Notes: generated by a model not told the origin, from the sequence alone. A stretch of 63,124 nucleotides of DNA, filler included, from Chiloscyllium plagiosum (GCF_004010195.1; 5 parts of one record of this genome joined end to end with filler, not necessarily neighbours in it), one strand, 5' to 3'. Counted from the whole stretch's first letter, positions 34,500-48,939 are shown. Made by a program: numbers and translations.

Positions 34500-36200
34500 T
34501 GTTTTATATTCATTCATGGGATGAGATCATCCCATTGTGATGATCCATTAGGGACTGCTGCCTATCCCTAATTTCTCAGACAGCAGTTAAGAGTCTGCTC
34601 TTTTGTTAAAGTATAACTTCTCAGCTTTTCAGTTTTATCACTTCAGAAATTAATTTTCTTTACTCTGGATGGGAACTGAGTGCTTTGCTCAGCCATTTCA
34701 GAGGGCAGTACAGTGTCAGCCACATTGCTGTGGGTCTGGAGTCACGTGTAGGCCAGACCAGGTAAGGATGGCAGTTTCCTTCCCGAAAGGACATTAGTGA
34801 CCCAAATGAGATGTTACAATAGTTTCATGGTCATTGTCACTGGGATTAACATTCAGTTCCAATTTATTGATTGAATTCTAATTCTACCCGCTACCGCGGT
34901 GGGGTTTGACCCATTTCCCTGGAGCCATTAGCCCAGGCTTCTGCATTATTAATCCAGCAATATGCAGATATCAGAATCAGGAGCAGAAGGAGACCATTCA
35001 GCCCCTCCAGCCTGCTCCCCCATTCAACCGGATAGTAACCTCAAACCCACATTCCCAGTTGTCTGTGAGAACCCTTCACCGCCCTGATCTTGCTGAATAA
35101 CAATCCCTCCAGCTCCACCTTAAAAATATTCCACAAAAATATTTCCACAACCTTTCTCAGGGAGAGAGTTCCACAGACTCATGACCCTCTGAGTGAAAAT
35201 AATGTCACCTGATTTGGTTTAAGTGGGTGACACCTGAGTTTTAAACTTGGGTCCTTGACTCTAGATTCTTCTACAAGAGGAAACAGCCTTTTCCACATCA
35301 GTCTGAACAGGACCCTTCTATATCTTTCATGCTTCAATTAAGTTACCTCTTATTCTCTGGACGATACAAGCACAGTCTGTCCAACCTTTCCTCATAAGAC
35401 AATTTGTTCACTTGAGGGATTAGTCTCGCAAGCCTTCTCTGAATTGCTCCCAATTCATTCATATTGTGTATTTCCCAATGTCTTGTAAACAGTGCTCTAA
35501 GTATGGTCTCAGCAAAACTCTGTATAACTGAAGCATAAATTCCCTAGTCTTACATTCAGTTCCCCTCCAGATAAACAAGCACAGTCTATGACCATTCCTG
35601 ATTACTTGCTATCCCTGCAGACTGACCTTCTGTGATTCCTGCACTCAGACACTCAGATCCCTCTGCATCTCAGAGCTCTGCAGTCTCTCACTATTCAAAT
35701 GAAATGCCGCTTTTTCAATCTTTCTGCCAGTATTGACAATTTCCTCCTTTTTATTTCATTTGCCACGTCTTTGTCACTCACTGACATATCAACATATTTT
35801 TGTAACCTCCTCGAGTCCTCTTCACAACTCATCAATCTTTGTGTGAATTTGTAAACCATAATTTCCCTCCCTTCCTCCAAATCATTTCTATAAATTGGAA
35901 AGAGTTGGGGCCCTCGCACTGACCCCTGGGGCACCACCACAGGGTACACCCTGCCAGTCTGAAAAAGACAGATATTCTGGTTCCCCTGCTCGCTGTTAAC
36001 CAGCCAGTCTTCTATACTATTACCCCTTACAGCATGAGATTTCATGTTCCTCAATTATGTTTGATGTTGCACCTTATCAAATGCCTTTCAGAAATCTAAT
36101 ACAATACACCCACTGATACCCCTCTCTTCACAGCACATGTTACGTCTTCAAAGAACCCCAACAAATTAATTAAACATAATTTCTCATTGACATAATTTCT
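34500..36200 (-). mobile_element. Second SINE family (34500-34960) and decayed CR1 (34970-36200)
   Basis: Shared SINE core; VPQGSVRGPQLF RT motif. Confidence 0.8.
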
Positions 36201-36501
36201 CTACCTTGAGCTTATCCAAATGCTCTGTTATAATCTCTGCAATAATAGTTTTGCACATTCTCCCATTGCCACCACAAGCCTTTGCCTTTACGCCACTACT
36301 TCCCCTAATCTGCTTAATTATTCATGCATCCAGACCCCAGGCCCATCTGCTCTCCTGTTCTATGCAGATGCTTATTTTATAAAGTGCATGTCATCACTTG
36401 GGTAAAAGAGTGATCAGAGATATAGAGATATACTGTTTAAGACTATTCGAGAATGTGGTGCTGGAAAAGCACAGCCGGTCAGGCAGCATCCGAGGAGCAG
36501 G

Positions 36502-36537
36502 AGAGTTGACGTTTCGGGCATGAGCCCTTCCTCAGGT
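36502..36537 (-). ncRNA. Minimal type-I hammerhead in PLE terminus (36448-36537)
   Basis: c-CTGAGGA-a-gggc(tcat)gccc-GAAA-c-GTC-aact. Confidence 0.72.
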
Positions 36538-36612
36538 CTAAGACGAATGCCCATGTCAGGCAACACTTGCAATGGAGTGGGATCACATTGTTTCTGTCTC
36601 TGCATTTCCAAG

Positions 36613-36648
36613 AATTGGGTTGTATTCCGATGGTTCAAAAGGCATCAG
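36613..36648 (+). CDS. Candidate 36-nt coding micro-exon (phase 0-0)
   Basis: tttctgtctctgcatttccaag| acceptor, CAG|GTGAGT donor; NWVVFRWFKRHQ continues the frame of 26405-26602. Confidence 0.3.
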
Positions 36649-37029
36649 GTGAGTCAGAGGGCAAACTAGGTGAGTTCCTGTGACCTCTCTCTGGTCACAG
36701 TAACTGTGCTGGAGCTGGTGCTGCAATGTTTGGAGAATAGTTTGCTGATAATTCCCTTTCAGCCTGTTATTGGTTAAGGTTCCAAGTGCCATTATATTTA
36801 TGATGTGCATTTATATAGTCCTTTTAACACACTGAAACATCCCCAGTTGCTTCACAGGGTATTGCTAAGCACAATTTGACACTGGGCCACATACCGAGAT
36901 AAGAAGGTTCTGTGGATCCTAGGTTAGGCCAAAAGTGCAGCATTGTGAATAGTTTTGATCTCCGTAAGAGAGAATGCAGAGCTGGATTCTCAGGGACAAG
37001 ATCTATTCACATTGAGAAGCAAATGCACT

Positions 37030-39890
37030 AACTAATGATAGACAGTATGGGTTTGTGAGGGGGAGCTCGTGCCTCATGAACTTGATTGAGCTTTTTTGAG
37101 GAGATTACAAAGATGATTGATGAGGGAAAAGCAGCTGATGTTGTTGTCATGATGTCAGTAAAGCCTTTGACAAGGCCCCTCATGGCAGACTGGTACAAAA
37201 GGTGAAGTCCCATGGTATCAGGGGTGAGCTGGCAAGATGGACACAGAACTGGCTTAGTCACAGGAGACAGGGTAAGGGGGGGAGGCTTTTCAGAATGGAG
37301 GGTTGTGACTGGTGATGTTCCACAGGGATCAGTGCAGGGACCTCTGCTGTTTATGATCTACATAAATGATAAGGAGGAACGTGTGGCTGGTCTTAGTAGG
37401 TTTAAGGATAATACAAAGATTGGTGGAGCTGTGGATAGTGAGGAGGATTGTCAGAGGATACAGCAGGATATAGATCAATTGGAGGCATGGGCAGAAAAAT
37501 GGCAGATGGAGTTTAATCCAGACAAATGTGGGGTGATACATTTTGGAAGGTCAAGTACAGGTGGAAATGAGACAGTGCATGGCACAACCCTTAGGGGTAT
37601 TGATATGCAGAGGGATCTGGGTGTGCAGGTCCACAGATAATAGACAATAGACAATAGACAATCGGTGCAGGAGTAGGCCATTCAGCCCTTCGAGCCTGCA
37701 CCACCATTCAATATGATCATGGCTGATCATCCTTAATCAGTATCCTGTTCCTGCCTTATCCCCATAACCCTTGATTCCACAATCCTTGAGAGCTCTATCC
37801 AACTCTTTCTTAAATGAATCCAGAGACTGGGCCTCCACTGCCCTCTGGGGCAGAGCATTCCACACAGCCACCACTCTCTGGGTGAACAAGTTTCTCCTCA
37901 TCTCTGTCCTAAATGATCTACCCCGTATTTTTAAGCTGTGTCCTCAGGTTCGGTACTCACCCATCAGCGGAAACATGTTTCCTGCCTCCAGAATGTCCAA
38001 TCCNNNNNNNNNNNNNNNNNNNNNNNNNNNNNNNNNNNNNNNNNNNNTTAATTAATTAANNNNNNNNNNNNNNNNNNNNNNNNNNNNNNNNNNNNNNNNN
38101 NNNCTTCGGCGGGTCGGTGTGGACATGTTGGGCCGAAGGGCCTGTTTCCTCACTGTAATGTAATCTAATCTAAATATCCGCCATTGTTCCTCCACTGTCA
38201 TCCCTGCTAAGGTAATGTACCATTGAACTTTGTCCAGCTCTTCCCTCATAGCTCCATAGTTCCCTTTATTCAACAGAAGTACTGTCACTTCCGACTGTAC
38301 CCTCTCCCTCTCCAATTGCAGATTGAAGCTTATTGTATTATGGTCACTATTTCCCAATGGCTCCTTCACTTCGAGGTCTCTGACCAATTCTGGTTCGTTA
38401 CACAATACCAGATCCAGAATTGCCTTCTCCCTGGTCGGCTCCAGCACCAGCTGTTCTAAGAATCCATCTCTGAGGCACTCCACAAAGTCTCTTTCTTGAG
38501 GTCACTGAAGGTGGCAGTGCAGGTAGATAAGGGAGTGTAAAAGGCCTATGCCATGCTTGCCTTCATTGGAAGGGGGCATTGAGTATAAGGATATGTTGTA
38601 GCTTTATTGAACTTAAGCAAATCAGGAGGCTGAAAAGATAGCCTTGGCTGAGAAGATTAGGGTGGATCCAAAGAGATTCTTTAACTATATTAAAGGAAAA
38701 AGAATAACTAGAGAGAGTTAAAAAATCACAGAACAGCCAAGTTATATAGTCCAACAGCTAGTGCTTCCTAATAAACCTGTTGGACTATAACCTGGTGCTG
38801 TGTGATTTTTAACTTTGTTATAGTAAAGATGTTATTAAACTGGAAAGAGTGCAGAAGAAATTTACAAGGATGGTGCCAGGACTCAAGGGTCTGAGTTATA
38901 GGGAGAGGTTGGACAAGCTGGGACATTTTCTTTAGAGCATAAGGAGACCGAGGGGAGAATGTTATAGAAGTATATAAGATCATGGGGGGCATGGATAGGC
39001 TGAATGCACTCAGTCTTTTTCCCCAGGGTTGGGGAATCACGGACTAGAGGACATCAGTTTAAGGTTAGAGAGGAAAGAATAAAAGGGAACCTGAGGGGTA
39101 ATGCTTTTACACAGAGGGTGGTACGCATATGGAATGAGCTGCCAACGGAAGTGGTTGAGGCGGGTACATTAACAACATTTAAAAGGCATTTGGACAAAAA
39201 GATGGATAGGAAAGGATTAGAAGGATATGGACCAAGTGCAGGGAAATGGGGTTAGAGTGGATGGGTATTTTGGTCGGAATGGACCAGTTTGGGCTAAAGG
39301 GTCTGTCTCCATGCTGTCAGACTCGGTAACTCTAAAACTCAAACTATAGTTAGGCCACACTTGGAATAAAACATAGAACATAAAACATAGAACAATACAG
39401 CACAGACCAGGCCCTTCGGCCCACGATGTTGTGCCGAAGGATGTTGCCTGGTCTGGCGATTCTAGCCATGGAGAAAGGTTGGATAGACTGGGTTTGTTTT
39501 CACTGGAATACAGTAGGTTGAGGGGGTGACCTGACAGAAGGTTATAAGGTTGTGAATGGCATGGATAGTGTGGAAATTAGGAGGGTTTTTCCCAGGGTGG
39601 AGGGGTCAATTACTGGGGACACAGATTCAAGGTGCGAGGGGGGAGGTATGAGGCAGATTTTTCACACAAAGGATAGAGAGTGCCTGGAATGTGCTGCCAG
39701 AGGAGGGGGTGGAAACAGACACAACTGCAGCATTCAAGAAGCACCTGGACGGATACAGGAATAGGAAGGGAATAGAGGGATACGGATCCTGTAAGGGAAG
39801 ACAGTTTTAGTATGGAAGGACAAAGTGTGTCAGCACTGGCTTGGAGGGCCGAAGGGCCTGTTCCTGTGCTATATTGTTCTTTGTTTTTTG
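37030..39890. mobile_element. Cluster of nested CR1 fragments on both strands, SINE tail and inverted PLE tail (~38718-38817)
   Basis: RT ORF 37212-37640, EN ORF 38052-38483 (-), 3' ORF 39004-39255. Confidence 0.88.
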
Positions 39891-41034
39891 TTCAGCGAGA
39901 CTGAAGATGGTGCAAAAAATGATCGGAAGCTTGGCTTTAAAACAAAGTTCTAAATGCAGAGAGTGAGGTGAATGTGTAGGAGGAGCTGTTCTTGGGCCAA
40001 AGGAGCTGGAAACACAACCTTCCTGAGGATTGGCTGGAGGAAAGATTTGATAGGCCCCATGTCTGTGATTTGTGGTAACGTGTGCGTGAGTGAGTGTTAT
40101 CTGTGTGCTTCCAGTTTTAGTTTTAGGATTCTAAAAACCTTGCTGTGAGGTGTTTGTGGTTTTAGAACAACTGGAAGCTGTTGTAAGTGAAATAGCTAAA
40201 GACGATGGAATTGTAGACTGACGTTACCCCTTCATGCCACACCCCCAATGAAGCACATTAACCAAACAACACTCTTTTAAAAACATTATGTCCCAGCTCT
40301 TGAACTGAATGTCTCACTTAATTATTTCAGAGGGTAGTTAATAATCAACCACATTGCTGTGGGTCTGGAGTCACATGTAGGCCAGACCAGGTAACAATGG
40401 CAGATTTGTTTACCTAAAGGACATTAGTGATGCAGATGGGTTTCTGTGATAATTGACAATGGTTACGTTACTGCTATTAGGCTAGCTTTAATTCCAGATT
40501 CTTATTGCACTCAATTTCACCACAAACCCTGGTGGGAATTGAAGCCATGTAGGCTGAATTTGAGGTACTGTTCCTGTGATCGCCATGATGCTACCATCTC
40601 ACTCTACCTTCTGCTGTTGTTGAAACTTTGCAGCAGGTAGCTCTCATATTATCAAATATTATACAATAATCCTGAGTGAACTTTACTGTATGTGAAAGTA
40701 CTTTTGACAGAAGGATGATGTGCTGTTTTTGGAATCTGATTTAAAACTTGAGGTCCAACCCAACAATCTGTTATGAAATACCTTATCTCCATAAGTCACC
40801 GACCGTGACATGGCCCCTTTAAGTACATGCAATACTGAGTCAGGCTTTCCACTCTGTCATGGGAAGAGTTTACCTGTGACAGGTGGGTGTGTACACTGAG
40901 GAATCCTCCTCTGGCTCCAGGCTAAAATGAATCCAGCCTGTAGCAAGAAAAACTGGATTGTGGATATTTGCTGCACATGCATTGTGTCAGAAGCTACAAC
41001 AACTGAGGAATTGTGATTTACAGAGTCACAGGCG

Positions 41035-41166
41035 TAGGAGAAAGTGAGGACTGCAGATGCTGGAGATCAGAGTCGAGAGTGTGGTGCTGGAAAAGCACAG
41101 CAGATGAGGCAGCAGCCAAGGAACAGGAGAGTCAACATTTCGGGTATAAGCCCCTCATCAGGAATC
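41035..41166 (-). mobile_element. Penelope-like terminus with hammerhead motif
   Basis: Minus strand CTGATGAggggcttatacccGAAAtgtt followed by the family tail. Confidence 0.75.
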
Positions 41167-41189
41167 ACAGACATGTTACAGAAGGTGCC

Positions 41190-43810
41190 TGCACTGGCTC
41201 TTCATTGAGCACCATTACAAAGTGCCAATCACCAGCTGTCTTTGCATACCTTTGTACATTACTGTCCTTCTATCCAAATAACCAGCCAATGTCCCGCTTG
41301 AAGGTTTCAATTGAACGTGCCACCACACATTTCCTGATAGCGCATTCCAGACCCTCCCCAATTGCTATGTGAAGGAGTTTCTTATCATGTCTCATTTACT
41401 TCCTTTAAAAATCACTTCAAGCTTATAACCTCTTGTATTTGTTCCTTTTCCGAGTGGGAACAGCTTCTCCCTCTCTACTCTCTCCAGCCGGCTCATGATG
41501 TTGAAAACCCCTCTCTGATCTCCCTCTCAGCCTTCTCTGTGAGGAGAACAGTCCCAGTTTCTTCAGTCCATCCTCATCACTGAAGTTTCTCAACTCTGGA
41601 GCCATTCCTGTAAACCAGTTCTGCGCTCTCTCCACTGTGTTTACGTCTTTCCCAAAATGTGGCACCCACTACTGTACTCTAGCTGAGGTCTAACAAGGGT
41701 CTGGTACAAGTTCAACATCACCTTTCTGCTCTTGTGTTTGATGCTCCTGTTAATAACACTGACAACATTGTGTGCTTTATTAATTGCTCTCTCCCCTCTC
41801 CTGCCACCTTCAATGCTCTGTGCACAGACACACCATGTTTCTCTGCTTCTTCTCTCCCTTCAGAATTTTATCCTCTGTTTTATATTGTCTTTCAATGTTC
41901 TACTGACCGAAGTTTACATGTCTCTGCAATGAACCCCTTCTGCCACCTATCCACCCACTCCACCGACTTGTCAATGTCCTTTTGGAGCTCCACATTGTCC
42001 TCCTGATACTTTACAATTCTTCCACGTTTTGTTGGGAGTAACTTTGAAATTGTCCCCTGCACATATACTGCGGACAAGCCTAACTAGTAATAATGCTGTA
42101 GAGACAGAGGAAAACAGAGAATTATAGACGAGTCAACCAAATATAGACGAGTCTATAGTGACAAAAATGCTAGAATCTATAATGAAAGATATGATAACAA
42201 AACATTTGGAAAGTGCTAATAGCTAACACGGGTTTCTGAAAGGGAAATCAGGATTAATTAATCTACTGGAGATGTGTGAAAATGGGATCAGTAGAATGGA
42301 GGAGGGAGAACTGATGGATATGATGTATTTGCATTTCACAAAAGGTCCCAAATAAAAGATGGTGGACAGATTTAAAGCACACAGCATTGAGAACAGTATA
42401 TTGGCATGGAGCAGGAATTGGTTGACAGACAAGAAACAGATACCCACAATGCCCTTAGGGAGGGAATTCCAGGATTCTGACCCAGTGACACTGAAGGAAC
42501 GGCGATATATTTCCAAGTCAGGATGGTGAGGGGCTCGGAGGGGAACATGCAGGGGGTGATGTTCCCATGGATCTGCTGCCCTTGTCCTTCTAGATTATGG
42601 GTTGTGAGGAGGATGAGGGGGCCTCGATGTGGTTTAAACAAGCTGAGTGAGTGGGCAGACACATGGCAGGGGCAGTGTAATGTGGCTCATTAGTTAGACA
42701 CATCAGTCTGAAGTATAGAAAGGAAGAATCTCATTGAAATAGTGAAATCTTGGGAAGTGTAGATATACAAAGGGATCTGGGTGTCTGTGCACACTGGTCA
42801 ATGAAAGTAAAAAGGATTAGGATTAGGGAAGGATATTGCAAGGACGTCAAGCAATTAGGAAGGCATGGTAGCTCTGTGGTTGGCACTGCTGCCTCACAGC
42901 GCCAGGGACCTGGGTTCAATTCCACCTACGCGTGACTGTGTGGAGTTTGTACCTTCTCTCCGTGTCTGCTCGTGTTTCCTCCCATAGTCCAAAGATGTGC
43001 AGGTCAGGTGAATTGGCCAAACTAAATTGTCCATAGTGTTCAGGGATGTGTAGGTTATGTGCGTTATTCAGGGGTAAACATAGGGAAGGGGTCTGGGTAG
43101 GATATTCTTCAGAGGGTCGGTATGGACTTGTTGGGCTGAAGGATTTATTTCCACACTGTAGGGAATCTATAATTATAGCTGGTATATTGACCTTGATTAC
43201 GAGAGAGTTAGAGCTCAGAAGTGGGATGTTTTCATGCAGTGGAATACAGGATCTTGGAGTAATGAGTGCAATTTTGGTCTTCCTGTCTAAGAAAGGTTAT
43301 GCTTCCCATTGAGGGAGTGCAGCAGAGATTCACTCGGTTGATATTGGGGATGGCAGGGCTGTGCTATGGGGAGAGATTGGTTTGACTGGGCCTCTACTCA
43401 CTAGAGTTTAGAAGGATGAGAGGGGGATCTGATTAAACTGTATAAAATCCAACAGGCTGACCAGACTAGATGCAGGGAGGAGGTTTGCCTCACTGGAGAG
43501 TCTCGAATCAAGGGACTCATTCCCAGGATATAGGGTAGGCCATTCAGTACGGAGATGACAAAATGTTTCTTCACTCAGAGGGTGGTGATGTTGTGGAACT
43601 CTCCAACACAGAGAGCTGTGGAGGATGGGCCACTGGGTATGTTCAAATAAGATTGATTTTTTTTTTAGATTTTCCATGTATCAAGTGTGATGGGGAGTAA
43701 GTGGAATCACGGCATTGAGATAGAGTATCAGTCATGATCATATTGAATGGCCGAGCAGTTCTGAAGGGCCGAATGGCCTACACCTACTCCCAGTTTCTAC
43801 ATTTCTATGT
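41190..43810. mobile_element. Decayed CR1 copies (- 41190-42060; + 42160-43810) with nested LINE tail and HE1 SINE (+, 42860-43170)
   Basis: RT/3' motifs; SINE head ggttggcactgctgcctcacagcgccagggacctgggttcaattcc. Confidence 0.8.
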
Positions 43811-44039
43811 TTATCTCAGGAAAGATATGATTGCCAGAGAGGGAGTGGAATGAAGATTCACCAACCTTGATGCTGGGATAAGGCAATAAGGCGAAGGAAC
43901 AAATAGAGGCCATTGAGCCCATTGGCTCCACTGCTAATCAATGACATCATCACTGCTTGACAATCCAGAATTCCATTTCTCTACTGTTCGGCCAACTGCC
44001 TTCATTCCCCTCACTGCTGACAAATCCGACTTCCAGGAG

Positions 44040-44115
44040 TGTACAGAGGGAGTGCCGCACTGTCAGAGGGTCAGTGCTGAGGGAGTGCCGCACTGTCAGA
44101 GGGTCAGTGCTGAGG
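44040..44115 (+). repeat. 33-bp minisatellite (2+ copies)
   Basis: gagggagtgccgcactgtcagagggtcagtgct. Confidence 0.85.
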
Positions 44116-45194
44116 AAGTTCGGCATTTCGGGAGTCACATTATTCAGGCTTCTCAGGTGGATGTAAAATTTTCCTTAGTCCCTATTTGCCATCAGGGTGG
44201 GGGCATGGGGTGCAAAGTGCTGCCCATTTCCCACACCAATAATTAACCTTTGGACAGTTTCAATGAAAACAAACTGTCAAAAGGTTTTTGCTACTGTGGG
44301 ATCTTGCTGTGTTCCAAGTGTCTGGTGTGTTTCCTCCCAGCTGTAAGTGTTGGACGTTGCCTCTGAAGCTGTTTTGAAAGTCCATGCTGAGGCCGTGCTC
44401 GCCCTCCCCATATCCCCTGTGTCAGTGCTTGGGTCTTGATGTTTGGAGCTGTGTGGATGTGCTGCTGTGTTCCCAAGCACTGGCCGTGTTGCAGTAGGCA
44501 CTAACCAGAAATTGTTGTGCAGCCAGATTCCTGCTCACCCGTGTTGTCAGCTGTCAGTCAGTCCTCACTGTCTTCATTGCGTGATAATATGAACAACTTT
44601 GTTCTATCCTGGGGCTACTGAGATGTTGAAAATTGCAATGAAAAGGCAGATTTCTGGCCTCGTTTCTCTGAGCACGCTGCACGCTAACTGCAAGTTAAAG
44701 GTTAAACAGCCTCCCTGCAGCTGATTGTCCCTCAGGCGCTGCTATTTTCACACTGACACACCAAGCACTGTTCATGCAACGCTCTCTGTTTGCTTTCCTG
44801 ATGCCTGGGGATCTCTTTGGCAAGTCACAGTCTCCGTGACGGAAGGTGTGGGGTGGGGAGCATGGTGTTCCAAATCTCAGTTGTGGTTAGGTACTTTCCT
44901 GGGATTGACAGTGTGTCCATGGCAGGTGTTTGTTTACAGCAATGACTGCACCTTAGATGGAGAGAGAAAGGGAGAGAGCGACAGACAGAAATAGAAACAG
45001 AAGTAGACAGAGGTTAAGAGAAAGACAGTCAGGGAAGGAGAAAGACCGAGAGAAATAGAGAGGGAGAGACATGGAGAGACAAAGAAGGAGAGACAGAGGA
45101 CAGGCAATAAGAGAGAGATAGATCTAGACAGACACAGAGAGACAAAGTCAGAGAGGAAGACTGCAGTCCCACTCTAGCGGTCTGGAGTTACCAA

Positions 45195-45419
45195 GTTAAA
45201 AAGCACACAACACCAAGTTATAGTCCAACAGGTTTATTTGGAAACAGTAGCTTTCGGAGCGACGCTCCTTCATCAGGTGTTGTCTCTGACAGGTTTATTT
45301 GGATGAAGGAGCGTCGCTCCGAAAGCTAGTGCTGCCAAATAAACCTGTTGGACTATAACCTGGCGTTGAGTGATTTTTAACTTTGTCCACCGCAGTCCAA
45401 CACCGGCATCTCCAAATCA
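45195..45419. mobile_element. Inverted-duplicated PLE terminus with two opposed hammerhead motifs
   Basis: Minus-strand core at ~45245-45279, plus-strand core at ~45301-45331; 12-bp TSD tggagttaccaa at 45183-45194 and 45420-45431. Confidence 0.82.
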
Positions 45420-45559
45420 TGGAGTTACCAAAAGTAATTACATAGACATGAGGACAGATCTGACCCGAGTGCACAGGGCAGGAAGGCTAAATGGTCAGGA
45501 CAGTTAACGAACAGAAGCACATGTTTAAGGAGATGCTCAATTGCTGCCAACTAAAATAG

Positions 45560-45845
45560 ATTTAGAATCCCTACAGTGTGGAAACATGCCATCTTGGCCC
45601 AATAAGCCCACACTGACCCTCCGAGGAATATCCCACCCAGACTCATTCTCCCACATTTACCCCTGACTAATGCAACTAACACTCGGGGCAATCTCCCATA
45701 GCCAATCCCCCTAACCTACACATCTTCAGACCGTGGGAGGAACCTGGAGCAAACCCACACAGACAGTCACCCGAGGCTGGAATCGAACCTGGGTCTATGG
45801 TGCTGTGAGGCAGCAGTGCTAACCACTGAGCCACAATGCTGCCCT
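45560..45845 (-). mobile_element. HE1-type SINE
   Basis: A/B boxes and tail. Confidence 0.88.
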
Positions 45846-45849
45846 CAAA

Positions 45850-47238
45850 ATGCATTCCAGAAAGGAAAAAAGATTGTAAGAGCAAGGTAAAACCTCACTG
45901 GCTGAACAAGGAAGCTAAAGATCACGCAAAGACAAAAACTAAGGCATATCATATTGCAAAGGCTAGTGGCAGGCCTGAAGATTGGGAAAGTTTTAAAGAT
46001 AAATAAAGGGTTACTGAAAAAGTCATTAAAAGAGCAAGCCCTAAATTATGAGAAAATGCATAAAACATAAGAACTGATAGCAAAAGCTTCTATAAGTACA
46101 TAAAAGGGAATAGAGTAACTAAAGTGAACATTGGTCCCTTGGAGGATCAGTCTGGGGAATGAATAGTGGAGAGCACAGAAAAGGCAGAGTGACTAAATCA
46201 GTACTTTGCCTCAGTTTTTATGTGGAGGATATGTATACCATCTGAATGGTAACAGCTAATTAGAGAACAATCATCATCACTAGGGAAGAAGCACTGAGCA
46301 AGCTTTTGGGATTGGAGGCAGACAAATCTCCAGGCTTACATCCCAGGGCCTTAAAGGAAGTGACAGCCCCCATGGTAGATGGGGATGTGGTGGCCTAGTT
46401 GGATTATCACTGGGCTGTTAATCCACTGATCCCCATAGTGTTCTTGGGATCTGGGGTCAAATCCTGCTAACGGGGGATTTTGAATTCAATAATGAATCTG
46501 AAATTAAGAAGCTCATGTTGACCACAAATCCATTTTTGATTGTCAGGAAAAAACCCAGTTTCACTTTTGGGAAAGAATCTGCGATTCTTACCTGGTCTGG
46601 CCTACATGTGACTCCAGTCCCACTGCAAGGTGGCTGACTCTGAACTGCCCTCTGGGCAATTAGGGATGGGCAATAAATGCTGGCCTAGACATGATCCATG
46701 GGTTATAATATCCCAAAATTCCCTGGAAACAGTGGATTGGAAAAATGCTAATATAGCACTCTTATTCAGAAAGGGAGGAAGGCGGAAAGTAGGAAACTAC
46801 AGATCAGTTAGCTTAACATTTGAAATTGGGAAATAGTAAGAATCAATTATTAAGGAAGTAATAACAGAGCATGAGGAAAGTCAAAATATAATCCAGCAGA
46901 ATCAGCATGGTTTTATGAAAGATAAATCATGTTGGACTAATTTGCTGGAAGTCTTTGAAGATATAATGAGCAATGTGTATAGTGGGGGTCCTGTAGATGG
47001 AGTAGATCTACAATTCCAGAAGGTATTTGATAAGGTGCTGCACAAAAGGTTCAGGGGCAAAGTATGATCATGTGGGTTAGGAGTAATTTATTAGTTTGGA
47101 TAAAGGATTGGCTAACCAATACAGAGTATAGGTTCAGGATAAATGGGTCTTTCTCTGCTTGGTAAACTGTAATTAGTGGGGTGCCACAAGGGTCAGTCCT
47201 TGGGACCCCAACTATTTACAATTGATTTTAATGACTTA
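45850..47238 (+). mobile_element. Decayed CR1 ORF2 with nested second-family SINE (46380-46690)
   Basis: DWKNANIALLFRKGGRRKVGNYRSVSLT; GVPQGSVLG. Confidence 0.85.
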
Positions 47239-48585
47239 AATTGAATTGAATTGAATTTATTGTCATGTGTACCAAGGCACAATACAGAGAGATCACAGAG
47301 TTAAGTCGCATAGATAGTAAATAATAGGTAAACAGCAGCAAAAACAAAACCCAGGTACAGGTGAATGTTAAGAGTTTGTGAGGCCATTCAGTATTCTAAC
47401 AACAGTGGGGTAGAAACTGTTGTGAAACCGGCTGGTGCGTGTGTTCAGGCTTCTGTACCTTCTCCCCGATGGTAGAGGTTGTAGAAAAACATTGCCAGTG
47501 TGGGATGGATCGTTGAGAATGCTGGTGGCCTTTCCTTGACAGCAGGCCTGGTAGATGGATTCTATAGATGGGAGGTTGGTCTTTGTGATTGTCTGGGCCG
47601 AGTTCACCCCTCTCTGTAACCGTCTCCGATCTTGAATGGNNNNNNNNNNNNNNNNNNNNNNNNNNNNNNNNNNNNNNNNNNNNTTAATTAATTAANNNNN
47701 NNNNNNNNNNNNNNNNNNNNNNNNNNNNNNNNNNNNNNNGATAGGCAAATTGGAGTGGGTCAAGAGTAGTGGGGAGGCTGGAGCTGATTAATGCCATGAC
47801 CAGCCTTTCAAAGCACTTCCTGACCACCGAAGTTAGGGCCACTGGGCGGTAGTCATTGAGACATACTGCATGAGCCTTCTTAGGCACGGGGATGATGTTG
47901 GCCTCTTAAAACAGGCCGGGATAGTGGCCTGCTGCAGGGAGAGGTTGAAGATGTCAGAGAAGACCTCTGCCGGTTGGTCTGCACATGCTCTGAGTGCACG
48001 GCCTGGTACTCCGTCTGATCCCATCGCGTTCCTTGGATTCACACGAAGGAAAACTGATCTGCCCTCTGATGCAGTGACTGTTGGGATAGGTTCGTCAGGA
48101 CTTGTCGGAATAAGTGTTCCCTCTCCGCTGAAATTCTGCTCAAAGCGAGAACAGAAGGCGTTGAGACGATCTGGGAGGGATGTGTCATTGTCTGCTATCT
48201 TACATTGTCTGTTTTTAGAACCTGTGATGTCATTCAGTCCTTGCCATAGTTGCCAGGTGTCTGTCTGGGTCTCTAGTTTGGCTCGGTATTGGTCCTTGGC
48301 TGTCTTAATGGCTCTGCGAAGGTCATACTTGGATTCCTTATATTTGAGTGGGTCTCCTGATCCGAAGGCCTCATGCCTGGTTTTTAGCAGGCTCTGTATG
48401 TCCTGATTTGTCCAGGGTTTCCTGTTGGGGAACACTTGGATTGACTCCCTCGGTATGCAGTCCTCCACACACTTGCTGATAAAGTCTGTGATGGTGGTGG
48501 CGTACCCGTCCAAGGTACCTGCGGCCTGTTTGAACACGGCCCAATCAGCCGGTTCCAGACAGCACCGGAGTTCATCCTCTGCACT
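47239..48585 (-). mobile_element. Rex1/Babar-like LINE (RT region and 3' end)
   Basis: [61 protein letters not shown]; aataaa(ttcaa)n tail. Confidence 0.85.
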
Positions 48586-48939
48586 CTGACTTGGAGTTCA
48601 GGAGCCTAGGTCAGAGAGGTCAAAAGTCATCGGCACCTGGTGAATTCCAGTCGGTAAAGTGCAGCCTTGCTGGCTGTGCCTTGGATGGTAGGGAGAGAGG
48701 AGGTGGAAAGGCAGCTGCTGCTCCTCCTGTGTCACAGGGTAAGATAAGGAGAGGCAGTGCCTGTTGGGGTGAATATAAAGTGGAACAGGAGGCTGGAGGA
48801 GTGTCACCAACAGAAGAGTGTCTTTGGAATTCTAAAAGTGGAGTGCAGTGAAAGATGTGTTCAGGTCAAGAGGAGATTCAGCTGAGATCAGTGTTGGGAG
48901 CCCAGTTGTTACAATAATTAGAAACTATTTCAGGAGGAT

